The position numbers and the translations under genes are program-made. From Spirochaetia bacterium (GTDB taxonomy: Bacteria > Spirochaetota > Spirochaetia > DSM-2461), in assembly GCA_963666985.2 (NCBI GenBank), contig CAXXIA010000002.1:2240001-2304000 (forward strand): DNA of 64,000 nucleotides. The letters are read 5' to 3'. Each line of letters starts with the position of its first letter. Positions within the stretch are counted from its first letter, which is position 1. Of this stretch, positions 41,211 through 51,212 are shown in pieces. The notes beneath the pieces were generated by a model. The model was not told the origin of the DNA, ran no database searches, and saw only the letters and a program-made list of their open reading frames with translations.

Positions 41211-41387
41211 AAGGTGTAATTCGACTCGACAATTTCTTGAAGTTTCATGGATTAGACCGAAGACCGAGGAGAATGAGGGTGATGGCCGGGTAAATCTGGA
41301 CATCACCGAATCGATAACCGACGAAGTCGAGAGGCGTGTCCAAGGACACTTGGCACTCCCGAGACAAGGAAGGGTAAAGCAACGCTA

Positions 41388-41566
41388 CGAAGGGCGCCGC
41401 CGAAGGCGAAGCCCGCATCCAGCTTTCGCGAAGGTCCTTTCAGTTGAAATCGCAGGATATGCAAACATAGTGTGAGAGAAGCGGACAAGTTTTGACTTGA
41501 TTGCTTCCGAACCGAGGAAGGTCGCAGTAAATAACTCCGAAGGGCGCCGCCGCAGGCGAAGCCCGC
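41388..41566. repeat. Two 29-bp GC-rich direct repeats (41388-41416, 41538-41566)
   Basis: CGAAGGGCGCCGCCG(A/C)AGGCGAAGCCCGC, one mismatch, 150 bp apart. Confidence 0.8.
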
Positions 41567-41615
41567 CTTCGGCCCCCTGCGAAAGATGCCGCCGAAACCG
41601 ATTCGGCATCCCCCC

Positions 41616-42521
41616 TCAGTTCCGTTTTTTCTTAAGGGCCTCCAGTTCCTCCGGCGTCCGAGGCCAGTCGCCTTTTAGAAGTCGAGACAGAGATCGATCG
41701 GCCAGGAGGCGTCCTTCGGTCTGACAGGCTGGGCAGTAGTCCGTTTCGTTGGTGGCGTATCGGATTCGCTGCACGGTCGTGCCGCAGAGAGGACATGGTT
41801 TGCCGAACTTACCATGAACCGCCATCTCCGGTCTGAAGGCCGTGATTTTCGTTGGAAACCGATCCCCCGCTTCGCTGAGAAGCCTTTCGGTCCATTCGTT
41901 CAAGACCGTTCGGCAGGCATCATATAGTCGGCGGATTTCATCTTCGGTCGTTTTTGACGACAGTTTCACCGGAGAAAGACCGGCACGATGAAGTATTTCA
42001 TCGGAATACGTGTTCCCGATGCCGCTTAGGATGGACGGATCGGTCAGAGTTCGTTTGAGCGTATGATTCTCGGCCGTCACCGCGGCGGCAAAAGTATCCG
42101 GGTCGGCCTCAAACACTTCCAATCCTCCTCGATCGAAGTCCGCCAAGGCTTCCGACCCTTTTACCACGTGCAGTGAGGCTCGTTTCTGTGTTGAGGCCTC
42201 GGTGATGAGGAGCGTTCCGTTCGGAAAATCCATTGCCGCCAGCCCCCGTTTCGGAGGAATCTTGCCACCGGGATCGGTCCACTGCAGTCTGCCGCTGATC
42301 ATCAGATGCAGGATGAGATAAAGCCGATTGTCGAAATCGAAAACGATTTGTTTTCCGAGTCGTTCTATTCCGGAGACTTCCAGTCCCTGAAGTTCACCGA
42401 TTGGCGGATTTGCGGTACGCAGCAGGAAAGGGCTTACGATTCGGACGCGGCCGAGCCGCCGGCCGGTCAATCGAATCCGAAGATGCTCGATGTAGACGGT
42501 AATGTCCGGATATTCAGGCAT
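41616..42521 (-). CDS. Fpg/Nei family DNA glycosylase
   Basis: N-terminal MPE, GKQ, HLMISG, GIGN.YSDEIL H2TH motif, CPLC...CPACQ zinc finger. Confidence 0.9.
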   Translation of the reverse strand: MPEYPDITVYIEHLRIRLTGRRLGRVRIVSPFLLRTANPPIGELQGLEVSGIERLGKQIVFDFDNRLYLILHLMISGRLQWTDPGGKIPPKRGLAAMDFPNGTLLITEASTQKRASLHVVKGSEALADFDRGGLEVFEADPDTFAAAVTAENHTLKRTLTDPSILSGIGNTYSDEILHRAGLSPVKLSSKTTEDEIRRLYDACRTVLNEWTERLLSEAGDRFPTKITAFRPEMAVHGKFGKPCPLCGTTVQRIRYATNETDYCPACQTEGRLLADRSLSRLLKGDWPRTPEELEALKKKRN

Positions 42522-42666
42522 GGAACCGCTGTCCTCCGGTCATAATACGGATCCGGCCGATACTTCCGGTATTTTGGAGATTTTGTACCGGTAGTGGAGA
42601 GCGATGAGGAATCCCATAATTGAATCATAACTCAGACAGTGCCGATACGGGGAATGGAATCGTTCC

Positions 42667-44697
42667 TCAGAGAGCCAAAGCCGCCTCGTACGCGGCCCTG
42701 ACGGCTTCAAGCATGTTTCTCCTGCCGGAAGATCCTCCGATGACAGATACCTTTTCGCTGTTTATGGTAAGAAGTTCATTAAGATGGTCTTCTTGAGGAA
42801 GAAACCGAGTTTCCACCACAGCGTCGGCGGGGATTTCCATTTGAGATCCGTCTTCCGCCATAACATCGGCCGATCCGCGGCGAATCCGAAGTATGCGATG
42901 CTTCGTCAGAATTTTCACTCCGAGCTGATCCAATCGAGCTTTGTAAACCCATCGGCTGCTGGGACTGATATGTTCTCCCGTTCCGGAACCTTCCTCAACG
43001 ATGGTAATGTCGCTGCAAACGTCCGTAAGGAGATTCGCCGTCAATTCGGGGCTTTCCGCCTGAAAGAGCGTAAGAAAGTGAAATTGCTCGGCATTCAGCG
43101 CTCCTCGGCCGGCCAGCTTAAGGGCCGTCCAGACTCCCGGAGAATCGCCTCCGGCGATCAGAATTCGCCGCCCGGCAACGGACCGGTCCCGCAGAACATC
43201 GGCGGCGTGGATTACGGGAATGCTTCCGTCCGTCTCCAAATCCGATTCGGCCGCGATATCTCCGGCGGCCAGTACCACCCGGTCGAATTCTCCGGCATTT
43301 AAAGCTTCTCCGACGATTTCCGCAGTCGCCGGTTTTTCGGTGAAAATTGGGATTCGGTGGTTTCTGCAGGAACGGATCAGCCAAGAGATGTACTCGGCGA
43401 TATTTTTTCGTTCCCGAATTCCTGCGGCAAGAAGCGCCTGGCCGCCCAACGTGGAATCCCGTTCCCAGACTGTTGGCCTGTGTCCTCGGGATGCGGCGAT
43501 GAGGGCGTATTCCAGTCCCGCGACTCCTCCGCCGATAACCAGGACGGACTGCGGCGGCCGCTTCGATATTTCGTCGTCGGTGATTTCAGGAAATTCGGAT
43601 TCCCGACCGGCTTCCGGATTCACCAGGTAGGAAATGGTCTTTCCGTAGAAAATCCGGTCCATGCAGCCCTGGTTGCAGCCGATACAGGGACGAATTTCTT
43701 TATAGCGGCCCGAGGCGGCTTTCTTCGGGAAATCGGGATCGGCCAGGAAACTTCTGGCAAAGCCGATGAAATCGACCGAACCGGAATCCACGAGTTCTTC
43801 GGCCGTTTTCGGAGTCATTCTGTTGGAGAGAATAACCGGGATTTTTACGGCCTGTTTAATTCTTTTTTCCTGATAGGCAAGAAATCCGTTGGGGACGTCC
43901 ATGGTAAGCTGCGGAACGCCGCTCTCATGCCATCCGCCCGTAATGCCGAGGGCGTCCGCGCCGAAAGTTTCCAATGCGGATGCAATCCGGAGAGATTCCT
44001 CGGATGTGTTTCCGCCCTTCATGAAGTCGTTGGCCCCCATGCGAACGATGAGAGGGAATTCCTCTCCGGCGGTTTTTCGAACCTCGGCGATGATTTCCCT
44101 GAGAAAGGTCAGGCGATTTTCCAACTCCCCTCCGTATCGGTCACCGCGGAGATTGGTCAGGGGAGAGAGAAATTGAGCGGGAAGATACCCCGATGCCGCG
44201 GTGATTTCCACCCCGTCGAAGCCCGCCTGCAGGGCCCGCCGCGCGGCGGCTCCGTAATACCCGATAATGTCGCCGATTTCATCCTCCGTCAGTTCACGGG
44301 GTGTTTCCCGAGTGAATCGGGACGGAACCGCCGATGGGGCAACCGCGACCTGACCTCCGTATTCGGCGGAACGGGCATAACGTCCGGCATGGAAAAGCTG
44401 GAGAAAGCCGCGGCAGTCATATTCGTGAAGAACGTCCGCGAGACGCTTCAGTCCCGGAATAAAGCGATCGTCGTATACCCCGATGACATTATGGGTGTTG
44501 ATTCGAAGCGGATCGATACCGGAGGCTCCTACGATGAGAAGCCCGCATCCGCCGGCGGCCCGGCGGCGGAAATATTCCAGAAGCGTCGGATTCACTTTTC
44601 CGTCATCGCTTAACGCGGTGTGCATCGCCGTCATCAGAATGCGGTTTTTTATTCTCAATCCGCCGATTTGTCCCGGTGTATAGAGATTGGACAACAT
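42667..44697 (-). CDS. FadH-like (2,4-dienoyl-CoA reductase/enoate reductase) flavoenzyme
   Basis: OYE barrel (QLFHAGR, GYL..QFLSP.TN.R.D.YGG), CIGCNQGC, GGGVAG; GGAG RBS. Confidence 0.85.
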   Translation of the reverse strand: MLSNLYTPGQIGGLRIKNRILMTAMHTALSDDGKVNPTLLEYFRRRAAGGCGLLIVGASGIDPLRINTHNVIGVYDDRFIPGLKRLADVLHEYDCRGFLQLFHAGRYARSAEYGGQVAVAPSAVPSRFTRETPRELTEDEIGDIIGYYGAAARRALQAGFDGVEITAASGYLPAQFLSPLTNLRGDRYGGELENRLTFLREIIAEVRKTAGEEFPLIVRMGANDFMKGGNTSEESLRIASALETFGADALGITGGWHESGVPQLTMDVPNGFLAYQEKRIKQAVKIPVILSNRMTPKTAEELVDSGSVDFIGFARSFLADPDFPKKAASGRYKEIRPCIGCNQGCMDRIFYGKTISYLVNPEAGRESEFPEITDDEISKRPPQSVLVIGGGVAGLEYALIAASRGHRPTVWERDSTLGGQALLAAGIRERKNIAEYISWLIRSCRNHRIPIFTEKPATAEIVGEALNAGEFDRVVLAAGDIAAESDLETDGSIPVIHAADVLRDRSVAGRRILIAGGDSPGVWTALKLAGRGALNAEQFHFLTLFQAESPELTANLLTDVCSDITIVEEGSGTGEHISPSSRWVYKARLDQLGVKILTKHRILRIRRGSADVMAEDGSQMEIPADAVVETRFLPQEDHLNELLTINSEKVSVIGGSSGRRNMLEAVRAAYEAALAL

Positions 44698-44804
44698 AGC
44701 TCCTCCCTTTGCATAGCGGTACTCATTCACGAAGCTGAAAAGACAATCGGGAAAATCCTTTTCTTCTTACAAACCGCCGACGATTAACTATGAATTATAT
44801 ACGT

Positions 44805-44882
44805 GAGGTGATTTCAAAAAACGTTGATTTTTGAAACAAAACCCTTCTAAAACAAAACCGGAAGGATTTCGGCCATCGGATA
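44805..44882. repeat. Dispersed intergenic double-hairpin repeat, copy 2
   Basis: TTTCAAAAAACGTTGATTTTTGAAACAAAACCCTTC...GGAAGGATTTCGGCCATCGG. Confidence 0.7.
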
Positions 44883-44935
44883 TCTCACATGAGATAAGAT
44901 TCCGGGACGCCGAATGACGTCCCGGAAGAGAATTG

Positions 44936-45697
44936 TCAGTAAAGAGTCGTCCCGTGATCCACGTAAAGAATCTGACCGGTTATCGCCTTGGAAGCATCAC
45001 TGGCGAAAAAGAGGATGGCTTCGGCCTGATCTTCAACATGAGCTTCGGGAACGGAAAGGTCGATATGTTTGGCGCAGGCGTCGGCGAATTCCTTATTAAA
45101 TGTTTTAAACGCTTCGGGAGCATTCAGCGGAGTGGGTGTTGGGCCGGGGGCTACGGCGTTGCAGCGAATGGCCGTGGGGGAGTATTGAAGAGCGATGTTC
45201 TTCGTCATGCTGTTCACGGCGGCCTTCGCGGCGCTGTAGGAAATCCCCGCCAAACCCTGGCTTCCGATGGAAGAAATGTTCACGATGGAACCTTCTCCGG
45301 CCTTGGTCATGTGTTCCAGGGCGTATTTGCTCATGTAATAGACCGAATACTGATCGATCTTGCAGACGGTGTCGTACCATTCTTCGGTGCAGAGATCGAT
45401 GGGCATGTGCTTGTCGGCGATTCCCGCATTATTCACCAGAACATCGATGCGTCCGTATTTTTCAATGGCCGCATCGACGATTTTATGACAGTCTTCCGAT
45501 TTGGAGACATCCGCCCGCACCGCGATTCCTTCGCCGCCGAGAGCTTCGACTTCAGCCAGAACTTTTTTGTTCTCTTCATCGCGTCTTCCGCAAAGGACGA
45601 CTTTAGCCCCTTCCTTTGCGAACAATTTGGCCGTTGCGCGACCGATGCCGGAATTGCCGCCGGTAATAATGGCGATTTTATTTTCCAATCTTCCCAT
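44936..45697 (-). CDS. Short-chain dehydrogenase/reductase (probably NADP-preferring)
   Basis: TGGNSGIG, CGRR, NNAG, S...YSAAK; GAGG RBS. Confidence 0.9.
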   Translation of the reverse strand: MGRLENKIAIITGGNSGIGRATAKLFAKEGAKVVLCGRRDEENKKVLAEVEALGGEGIAVRADVSKSEDCHKIVDAAIEKYGRIDVLVNNAGIADKHMPIDLCTEEWYDTVCKIDQYSVYYMSKYALEHMTKAGEGSIVNISSIGSQGLAGISYSAAKAAVNSMTKNIALQYSPTAIRCNAVAPGPTPTPLNAPEAFKTFNKEFADACAKHIDLSVPEAHVEDQAEAILFFASDASKAITGQILYVDHGTTLY

Positions 45698-45887
45698 GCT
45701 GTTAAACCTCATTTAATGTAAATTGATATAAATGTATTATATTGGGTGTCCAATTCGACGGACCTATCATTTTTCGACATACCGATATCGTTTTTTGTTA
45801 TGCATCTTGCGGGCTGGAATTTCATCTTCTATCGTAACATCAGATTAATATACGCGATTCAAAACGAATCGGGAGGTTTTATTATTT

Positions 45888-46883
45888 ATGATTAAAGCTA
45901 ATTACGAATCTGATGCCGGCAAGAGGAAGGAAATCTCTCACGAAGAGCTTTACACGATTCCCCACATGCCCTTCGAAGAGTATTCCGAGAAGTTGAAAGA
46001 CTGTATCAAGATGACGAGAAAAAACGGCATTCTTGAAGCAAGAATGCATACCAACGGCGGACCCGTTCAGTGGGGAGCCGAACTTCATCAGGGCCTTCAC
46101 TACTTTTTTGACTGGGCCGGCCGGGACCCCGATAACGAGGTTATCATCCTTGGCGGAATCGGCCCCGATACCTTCAAGGGAATCGGCCGTATCAATAAGA
46201 AAACCGGCGAGTGGATGCCCGCCCGCGAGTTCGGATCCGAACCTGAAGAATCCTGGAAAATGTACGAGTACCAGTACTATGACGGTACCAACGATATTGA
46301 AGGACAGGTCTTCGATCTTGAAGTTCCTACCATCGGCGTATGGACCGGTGCTTCCTACCATACCGACCTGCTTCTTTTCAGCGATATCACCCTGGCCACC
46401 GCGGATGCGTGGACGACCGAAATGCACTTCCGGACGAACATGGTTCCCGGAGACGGCATCCAGATTGCCTGGCGGGAACTCATGGGCCGCAAGCGCTTTG
46501 CGTACGCCGAGCTTACCGGTCAAATCATCACCGCCAAGAAAGCTCTTGAATACGGGATGATCAATGAAATCTGCGATGATGTCGATGCCGCTTACAAACG
46601 AGCTTGGGAAATCGCCGAACTCATCATGCATGCCGCCGGCCGTGTTACCAGAAGAATGACCACTCAGGTTTTGAGAATGCCTTGGAAAGAGGATATTTCC
46701 AAAGAGCTCAGAAGCAGTTTCGCTACCGAGATGTTTGTTACCGCGACCGATCATTCTCCCCATGAGGCCAAATACTGGGACGATGCTCACGAAGAAGCCG
46801 CGCTCGTTATGGAAGCCGAGAAACAGGGCAAGGTTGTTCGGCCGAAAATCGGCGGCGGCCAGTTTGAAAAAGAAATTAAATAA
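45888..46883 (+). CDS. Beta-diketone hydrolase (6-oxocamphor hydrolase-like), copy 2
   Basis: Close paralog of 21421-22413 with the same HF...VPGDG motif; GGGAGG RBS. Confidence 0.75.
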   Translation: MIKANYESDAGKRKEISHEELYTIPHMPFEEYSEKLKDCIKMTRKNGILEARMHTNGGPVQWGAELHQGLHYFFDWAGRDPDNEVIILGGIGPDTFKGIGRINKKTGEWMPAREFGSEPEESWKMYEYQYYDGTNDIEGQVFDLEVPTIGVWTGASYHTDLLLFSDITLATADAWTTEMHFRTNMVPGDGIQIAWRELMGRKRFAYAELTGQIITAKKALEYGMINEICDDVDAAYKRAWEIAELIMHAAGRVTRRMTTQVLRMPWKEDISKELRSSFATEMFVTATDHSPHEAKYWDDAHEEAALVMEAEKQGKVVRPKIGGGQFEKEIK

Positions 46884-46890
46884 CGCTTAA

Positions 46891-46955
46891 GGCGAGTTCA
46901 AAAAACGGCGTTTTTGAAGAAGCCCTTCTTCAAACGGAAGGGTTCCCGCCGTCGA
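46891..46955. repeat. Dispersed intergenic double-hairpin repeat, copy 3
   Basis: TTCAAAAAACGGCGTTTTTGAAGAAGCCCTTC...GGAAGGGTTCCCGCCGTCG. Confidence 0.65.
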
Positions 46956-46980
46956 ATGTGTTTTCGAGATTATTAAAGGG

Positions 46981-47012
46981 CCGTCGATTTTTTTCTCGAC
47001 GGTCTTTTTTTT
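46981..47012 (+). terminator. Intrinsic terminator
   Basis: CCGTCGA...TCGACGG stem followed by TCTTTTTTTT. Confidence 0.6.
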
Positions 47013-47082
47013 ATGCGACAATAGAGCCGAAATCGCCGGGCCGTCGGGATTTTTCGGTCCGGTTATCGCCGGGGAGCCGCAA

Positions 47083-48846
47083 ATGTCACGAAGAGCCATT
47101 CATTTGAACGTCCTTACCGTGCCGTCGTTCGCTGTTGTTTCTCTTGTCCCTTTTGGAATACTCGTTTTGATGCGGACAGGATCTTTTTTCGAATCCAGCT
47201 TCTTTCTTAAAGAGCCGGTTTACGGATTTCTTTTCGCGGCCGCCGTTTCACTTCTCATCGGCATCGCGGCAGGGTTGATTTATTCGCGATGCATTTCCCG
47301 CGGCTTGCACCGTGTTGAAAGGCTGGTGGAAGAGGCCGGAAAAAACGAGGCCGGAGAATATGCGAAAACAGTATCCCGTATTGGTGAGATTTCCTCCGTG
47401 GCGCGGAGCCTTCGGGGGAAATTGCTGCCGAGGCTGGCGAAAGTGTTCAATGAAATAGGAAATGCCGTGACGCTGAACTCAAAGACTTCGATTGTCGCTA
47501 AGGATTACGCCGGTGATGTTTGGAACATTGCCGACGGAATCTCGCGTGATGTCGGCGGGATTCTTCAAGAAATGTCGGAATTGAAGAATCAGATCGTCAA
47601 TTCTTCATCGGCCGTAGCCGAAATCCAGGCCACTCTGGAAGCATTGATGGGGCATATGAACAGCCAGGACGGGGCTTTGTCCCGGACTTCGCTTTCCGTC
47701 AGACGCATGGATGCTTCCCTTACCGATATATCCGAGGTTTATACGGAGCAGTCCGTTTCCACCGATTCGCTGCTCGGCACCTTGGATGAGGGGAAAAAGG
47801 CCGTTGCCGAATCAAACGAGTGTATCCGCGAGATTTCCGTAAATATCGACGATATGATGAGCATTATCGGTGTAATCAACAGTATCGCGGATCAAACGAA
47901 TCTGTTGGCTATGAACGCCGCCATAGAAGCGGCTCACGCGGGAACCGCCGGCAAAGGTTTTTCCGTTGTGGCCGATGAAATCAGAAAACTCGCCGAATCC
48001 ACAGCCGAAAACTCCCATGTTATTTCATCTTCGCTGACGGCGGTCAACGGTAAAATGAGCCGCGTTCTTCATTCCGGAAAAGAAAGTGAGAAATCTTTCT
48101 CGGACGTAACGGAGAAAGTTTCTGATTTCGTGGCCGCGTTTAAGCGCATCGCCGAGAGCACGGCGGATATTTCCGCGGGAAGCCGCGAAATCTTGTCTTC
48201 CGTTGAACGGCTCAACGCGATGTCCGGCGAGATAACCGCCGGATCGTCCGAAATCACCCAGAGCGCTCATGAGATAAACGATGCCATGAGTAAGGTTCAG
48301 GATTCCTATAATCGGGTAACGGACGAAGTCGCCGTGGTTAATTCCCGCGCTCAAGACATCGGTAAGGCGCAGCGGGATCTGATGAAGATTATCGATTGGG
48401 ATTCGAAGAATATCGCCGAAATCGGCAAGAGTCTCAATACATGTAATTTCGGTTCTTTCGGTGAAACGGTCGGTGAAACAGATATTGCCGATGCCATCGG
48501 CGATATCATGCTGACGATGCTGGCGCGGGTGGAGAATGCGGGAGATTCCATTCGGAGTCTTACTGTTGCCGAAATGAATATTAAGATTGATGTCGATGAT
48601 GTGCGGAACAGCGAAAACTGCGGCGTCGGGCGCTGGCTTTCGGGCGAGGGAGCCCGCCTTTTGGGCTCGTTTCCCGGGTTTGACGAGATTGTCGCGGATC
48701 ATAAGCATTTTCACGAAAGCATTGTTCAAACGGCTTCCAAGATAGAAAACGCAACCTTTAATGAGGCGTTCGCTTCGTTCCGAGTCGCGAGAGGCTATTA
48801 TAATAGGCTGATAACCGGCTTTATCGACATTATTGATCATCTTTGA
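47083..48846 (+). CDS. Methyl-accepting chemotaxis protein with C-terminal CZB-like domain
   Basis: MCP hairpin tip; C-terminal C.VGRWL...H..FH pattern. Confidence 0.9.
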   Translation: MSRRAIHLNVLTVPSFAVVSLVPFGILVLMRTGSFFESSFFLKEPVYGFLFAAAVSLLIGIAAGLIYSRCISRGLHRVERLVEEAGKNEAGEYAKTVSRIGEISSVARSLRGKLLPRLAKVFNEIGNAVTLNSKTSIVAKDYAGDVWNIADGISRDVGGILQEMSELKNQIVNSSSAVAEIQATLEALMGHMNSQDGALSRTSLSVRRMDASLTDISEVYTEQSVSTDSLLGTLDEGKKAVAESNECIREISVNIDDMMSIIGVINSIADQTNLLAMNAAIEAAHAGTAGKGFSVVADEIRKLAESTAENSHVISSSLTAVNGKMSRVLHSGKESEKSFSDVTEKVSDFVAAFKRIAESTADISAGSREILSSVERLNAMSGEITAGSSEITQSAHEINDAMSKVQDSYNRVTDEVAVVNSRAQDIGKAQRDLMKIIDWDSKNIAEIGKSLNTCNFGSFGETVGETDIADAIGDIMLTMLARVENAGDSIRSLTVAEMNIKIDVDDVRNSENCGVGRWLSGEGARLLGSFPGFDEIVADHKHFHESIVQTASKIENATFNEAFASFRVARGYYNRLITGFIDIIDHL

Positions 48847-48862
48847 AAAGAACGGAAAAATT

Positions 48863-50026
48863 ATGACGCATACCGGTCGAGAGAAACTGTGGACCGGGCA
48901 GTTTATCCTTATTTTAACGGCGAATTTCACCGCTTTGATGGTGAACGCCCTGCTTCTTGTCTCAATACCGCTTTATTTAAGGGCGATGGGAGCTTCCAAT
49001 ACGGCGGCCGGACTGTCGACCGGTCTGTATTCTCTGGCCGCGATGACTCTGAGGCCGATCGTCGGGCATTTTCTTGATTATCGGGGAAGAATCCGGCTGA
49101 TGAGAGGCGGCTTGATTCCCATGATTGTCGGCATCATCCTTTCGAATTTTACCGATGCCGTTCCTCTGCATTTGGCCCTTCGCGTTCTTGAGGGAATCGG
49201 TTTTTCCGTTGTATCCACCGCGGGAGCGACGATCGTTTCGGACTTGGTGCCGGAATCAAGAATAACCGAGGGCATAGGATACAACGGCGCGGTGGCGACT
49301 CTTACCAACGCCGTCGGACCTCTTGTCGGTCTTGTTCTAATCGACGGATTCGGATTTGCCGTTCTTTTCACCTGTCTGATTCCGATGTCGCTGCTTCCTC
49401 TTGCCGTTTCTTTGTTCTTGAAGGAGAGCGTCAATCCCTCCGCGGCATCCGGAGAACGGACCGGATTGAAGCATCTTTTTGATTTGGAAAAAGGAGCATT
49501 GCCGGCTTCTGCCATGATGATTTTTTCCGCCGTATCTTACGGGGCCGTTGTAACATTTCTGGCGGCATTTGGAATGGAACGGGGAGTGGAAAACATGCAG
49601 TTCTTTTTTGTTCTGTTTCCGTGTACGGTGGTTGTTTCCCGCTTTTTTTCCGGCAGGCTTATCGACGGATACGGATATTTGCCGGTTGTTGTTCCTTCCC
49701 TTATCATCGGAGCGTCTTCCCTTGTTCTTATTTTCTTTGCCCGCACCGTGGCGATGTTTTCTCTTGTCGCCGTTTTATACGGATTGGGGTACGGCATTCT
49801 GATGCCGGCCTTTAATGCGCTCGCCGTACGGAATTCATCTCCGAACCGCCGGGGAGCCGCGAACGCCACGTTCTACATCGCGTTGGATTTGGGAATCGGC
49901 GGAGGCGCGATTTTTCTGGGATTGTTTTCAAATTGCTGGGGTTTGGCTTCAACTTTTCTTATTTCGGCGTTCTTCATGATTTTCAGCTTCGCCCTTTTTC
50001 CGTTTCTTGAGCGGAAGCGGCGCTGA
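48863..50026 (+). CDS. MFS transporter
   Basis: About 12 TM segments, G.FLD..GR motif A, RRGAANATF. Confidence 0.9.
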   Translation: MTHTGREKLWTGQFILILTANFTALMVNALLLVSIPLYLRAMGASNTAAGLSTGLYSLAAMTLRPIVGHFLDYRGRIRLMRGGLIPMIVGIILSNFTDAVPLHLALRVLEGIGFSVVSTAGATIVSDLVPESRITEGIGYNGAVATLTNAVGPLVGLVLIDGFGFAVLFTCLIPMSLLPLAVSLFLKESVNPSAASGERTGLKHLFDLEKGALPASAMMIFSAVSYGAVVTFLAAFGMERGVENMQFFFVLFPCTVVVSRFFSGRLIDGYGYLPVVVPSLIIGASSLVLIFFARTVAMFSLVAVLYGLGYGILMPAFNALAVRNSSPNRRGAANATFYIALDLGIGGGAIFLGLFSNCWGLASTFLISAFFMIFSFALFPFLERKRR

Positions 50027-50160
50027 TCGTTAAAGGCCGGAAAGTGAAAAACAATTTCGGAAATTATCGGAATGCGGAATGTATACGGATTTATTTAAAT
50101 GATTCTTGGAGAAGGATATAGTTCATGATTCAGGCGTTGACGCCGGCAATCGTGATTAAC

Positions 50161-50175
50161 CTATAAAACCGACCT
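50161..50175 (+). promoter_or_regulatory. Candidate activator site CTATAAAACCGAC upstream of BKACE operon
   Basis: Identical 13-mer at 61231-61243. Confidence 0.5.
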
Positions 50176-50369
50176 CCGAAAGTACAAATTTGAACGTTGC
50201 CGCCCACTTGCCGACGCAGCATAGTTAATTTATCACTTCAGTTAGGTTGTGCACCCGGGGTTTTATGTATCCCCGCATTACTTGAATTCCGACTGTTGTT
50301 AACCAAAGACCGATAACGCCTGAAACGGTTGGTCTTTGTTCAAAACTCAAAGAATTAGGAGATATCATT

Positions 50370-51197
50370 ATGAGTGAAAAAGTAATTATTTCCGCGGCGT
50401 TGACCGGCGCCGTCACCCCGAAAGAGAAGAATCCTCATGTTCCCATAACTCCCGAGGAAATCGCCGAAGACGCATATAAATGCTGGCAGGCGGGAGCCGC
50501 GATCGTTCACATTCACATGCGCGACGACGACGCCGTCGGAACCATGGATTTGGCGCGGTTTGAGAAAACCGCGGCGCTTATTCGGGAAAAATGTGATGTT
50601 GTTGTAAACATGACCACCTCCGGCGATCATCGGGCAACCGACGAAGACCGCATGGCGCATATCGCCAAGCTGGCGCCGGAAATTGCTTCTTATGATGCCG
50701 GAACCTTCAACTGGATGCCCGCCGGCGTTTTCATGAATTCGCCTCAGTTCCTGGAAAAGCTGGGCCGAATCATGACGGAGAAGAACGTGAAGCCGGAGGT
50801 TGAGGTCTTTGATTCCGGCATGATTGACGTCGCCCAGTATTACGTTACCCAGGGAGTCATTAAGGCGCCTCTTCATTTTCAGTTCTGCCTCGGCGTTCTG
50901 GGAGGCATGCGGGCCACGGTGAAGAATCTCGTGACCCTCCTCGACATGATTCCGGAGGGATCCACTTGGAGTGCTTTCGGCGTCGGTAAGGACCATCTGC
51001 CCATTCTCTACGCCGCGATTGCACTGGGCGGACATGTTCGAGTCGGTCTGGAAGATAATATTTATTACGCAAAAGGTGAGCTGGCTTCCAACGTATCCCT
51101 GGTGGAACGGGCCGCTCGCGTTATCAAAGAATCCAACAAAGAACCCGCCACTCCCGCCGAGGCCAGAAAAATCCTCGGTCTTAAAGGCATGGCATAA
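50370..51197 (+). CDS. Beta-keto acid cleavage enzyme (BKACE/Kce family)
   Basis: ISAALTG, P.TPEEIA, HIH and RVGLEDN Zn-site motifs. Confidence 0.9.
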   Translation: MSEKVIISAALTGAVTPKEKNPHVPITPEEIAEDAYKCWQAGAAIVHIHMRDDDAVGTMDLARFEKTAALIREKCDVVVNMTTSGDHRATDEDRMAHIAKLAPEIASYDAGTFNWMPAGVFMNSPQFLEKLGRIMTEKNVKPEVEVFDSGMIDVAQYYVTQGVIKAPLHFQFCLGVLGGMRATVKNLVTLLDMIPEGSTWSAFGVGKDHLPILYAAIALGGHVRVGLEDNIYYAKGELASNVSLVERAARVIKESNKEPATPAEARKILGLKGMA

Positions 51198-51212
51198 GGA
51201 AGGGGTTGATTT

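Noticed and set aside
41388..41566. 29-bp repeats as a CRISPR array
   Set aside because: Only two copies, 121-bp spacer, no cas genes
50370..51197. Lysine fermentation kce
   Set aside because: No kamA, kamDE, kdd or kal nearby, so only the family call is kept
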